DNA of 64,000 bases from Haplodiscus bocki (taxonomy: Eukaryota), in contig OZ296653.1 in the NCBI GenBank assembly GCA_965655095.1, forward strand, positions 56,544,001-56,608,000. The letters are read 5' to 3'. Both the position numbers and the translations under genes were made by a program. Below the pieces are notes generated by a model. It did no database searches. It saw only the letters and a list, made by a program, of their open reading frames with translations, and was not told the DNA's origin. Position 1 is the stretch's first letter; the number at the start of each line of letters is the position of its first letter. Of this stretch, positions 63,182 to 64,000 are shown in pieces.

Positions 63182-63467
63182 CAACAATTTCAGAGTTTGT
63201 CGAGCGATATCATCATCTGAAGCAATGACTATGTCCAATTCCTGTTTATTATTTTCTAATTGAGATAAACTTGAACAGCTTAATCGGTGGAACTGTGAAT
63301 GAGGCATTTCGTCAGCATTATCGGAACCATCACCAGGGGAACGTGATACTCTTGTGCGAACAGGCAATCCTGGTAACGGAAAAAAATTAATTATACCCAA
63401 CAAAAGCAAGAACTTTCCAAACTTTGTGTATTCCACTACGATTTCAGTAGATACAGTGGCGAAGCCT
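63182..63467 (-). CDS. Possible coding exon with a hydrophobic segment and an RVSR site (unknown secreted or membrane protein)
   Basis: tgcag acceptor-like site, open frame FLLLLGIINFFPLPGLPVRTRVSRS... and a TTG|gtaact donor-like site. Confidence 0.3.
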
Positions 63468-64000
63468 GCAGATAATTTCTAATAGGAAAAATTATGAGTA
63501 ATTTTTCATGTCGTATTAATGCGACTGGTACCTATTCATTATTGCTTTTTAAGGTCAACGACCTTCGTTCGATTTCGCCTCCAATTAATATGCGGCCAGT
63601 CGGAAAAAAAAATTCGGGTAGCAAACGCTGTAAACTTGATAGCATTTTTCATTTGTTTTACTGTTCTATCACTTTATTAACATTGAGGGGCAGATTTCAA
63701 AGTCTTTTCGGATCTAATTATTGATTCCAGCTTCTATTCATCTGTGGTTCAACTACTTTTGGCTTAAACTCGAATGTAGCCTCAAGTCAACCGCGGCTAC
63801 GGTTTGATAAAGTAAATACGTTTATCGCCAGCACAGAATGGTCAATATAGCGGCAAAAAGCTAACCTCTGCCCATTGGTATTTCAGAAGCATCACTACTA
63901 CTGCGAACGCTACTATTGGAAGATAAAACCATTTTCTCGGCTATTGCATCACAAAGAGCATTGTATTGGTCATAAAAAGGTGAATTTGGTCTAGGAGCAG

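Overview
AT-rich, repeat-dense genomic DNA from an intron-containing animal (probably an invertebrate; the species cannot be read from the sequence). Three spliced host genes lie on the minus strand. One is a band 4.1/coracle-like FERM gene (42417-38465). One is a GTSF1/Asterix-like gene with two CHHC zinc fingers (60867 to ~47021, with a 9-kb TE-filled intron). The third is a phase-compatible 3-exon gene that appears to join a CG-1/WRKY-like domain to an ALYREF-type RRM (33300-31197). The centrepiece is a full-length but decayed 12.85-kb Ty3/Gypsy LTR element (10068-22915, minus strand, 5-bp TSD). It has gag, a -1 frameshifted pol and a class I fusion env. Between pol and env sits a 3.5-kb accessory cassette: a TARG1/OARD1-like ADP-ribosyl hydrolase macrodomain, two paralogous 94-aa Cys-motif ORFs of unknown family, an antisense JmjC/cupin-like remnant and an antisense single-TM ORF. 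Other elements are a Penelope fragment, a TSD-bounded Ingi/Vingi-like LINE with a possible 5' HDV-like ribozyme and a 2A-like motif inserted in a tRNA-derived SINE, many Helentron/DINE-1-like non-autonomous elements, Tc1/mariner-type MITEs (including an 800-bp palindrome) and degraded CR1/L2-group LINEs. All family assignments come from motif recognition by eye; no searches were run.
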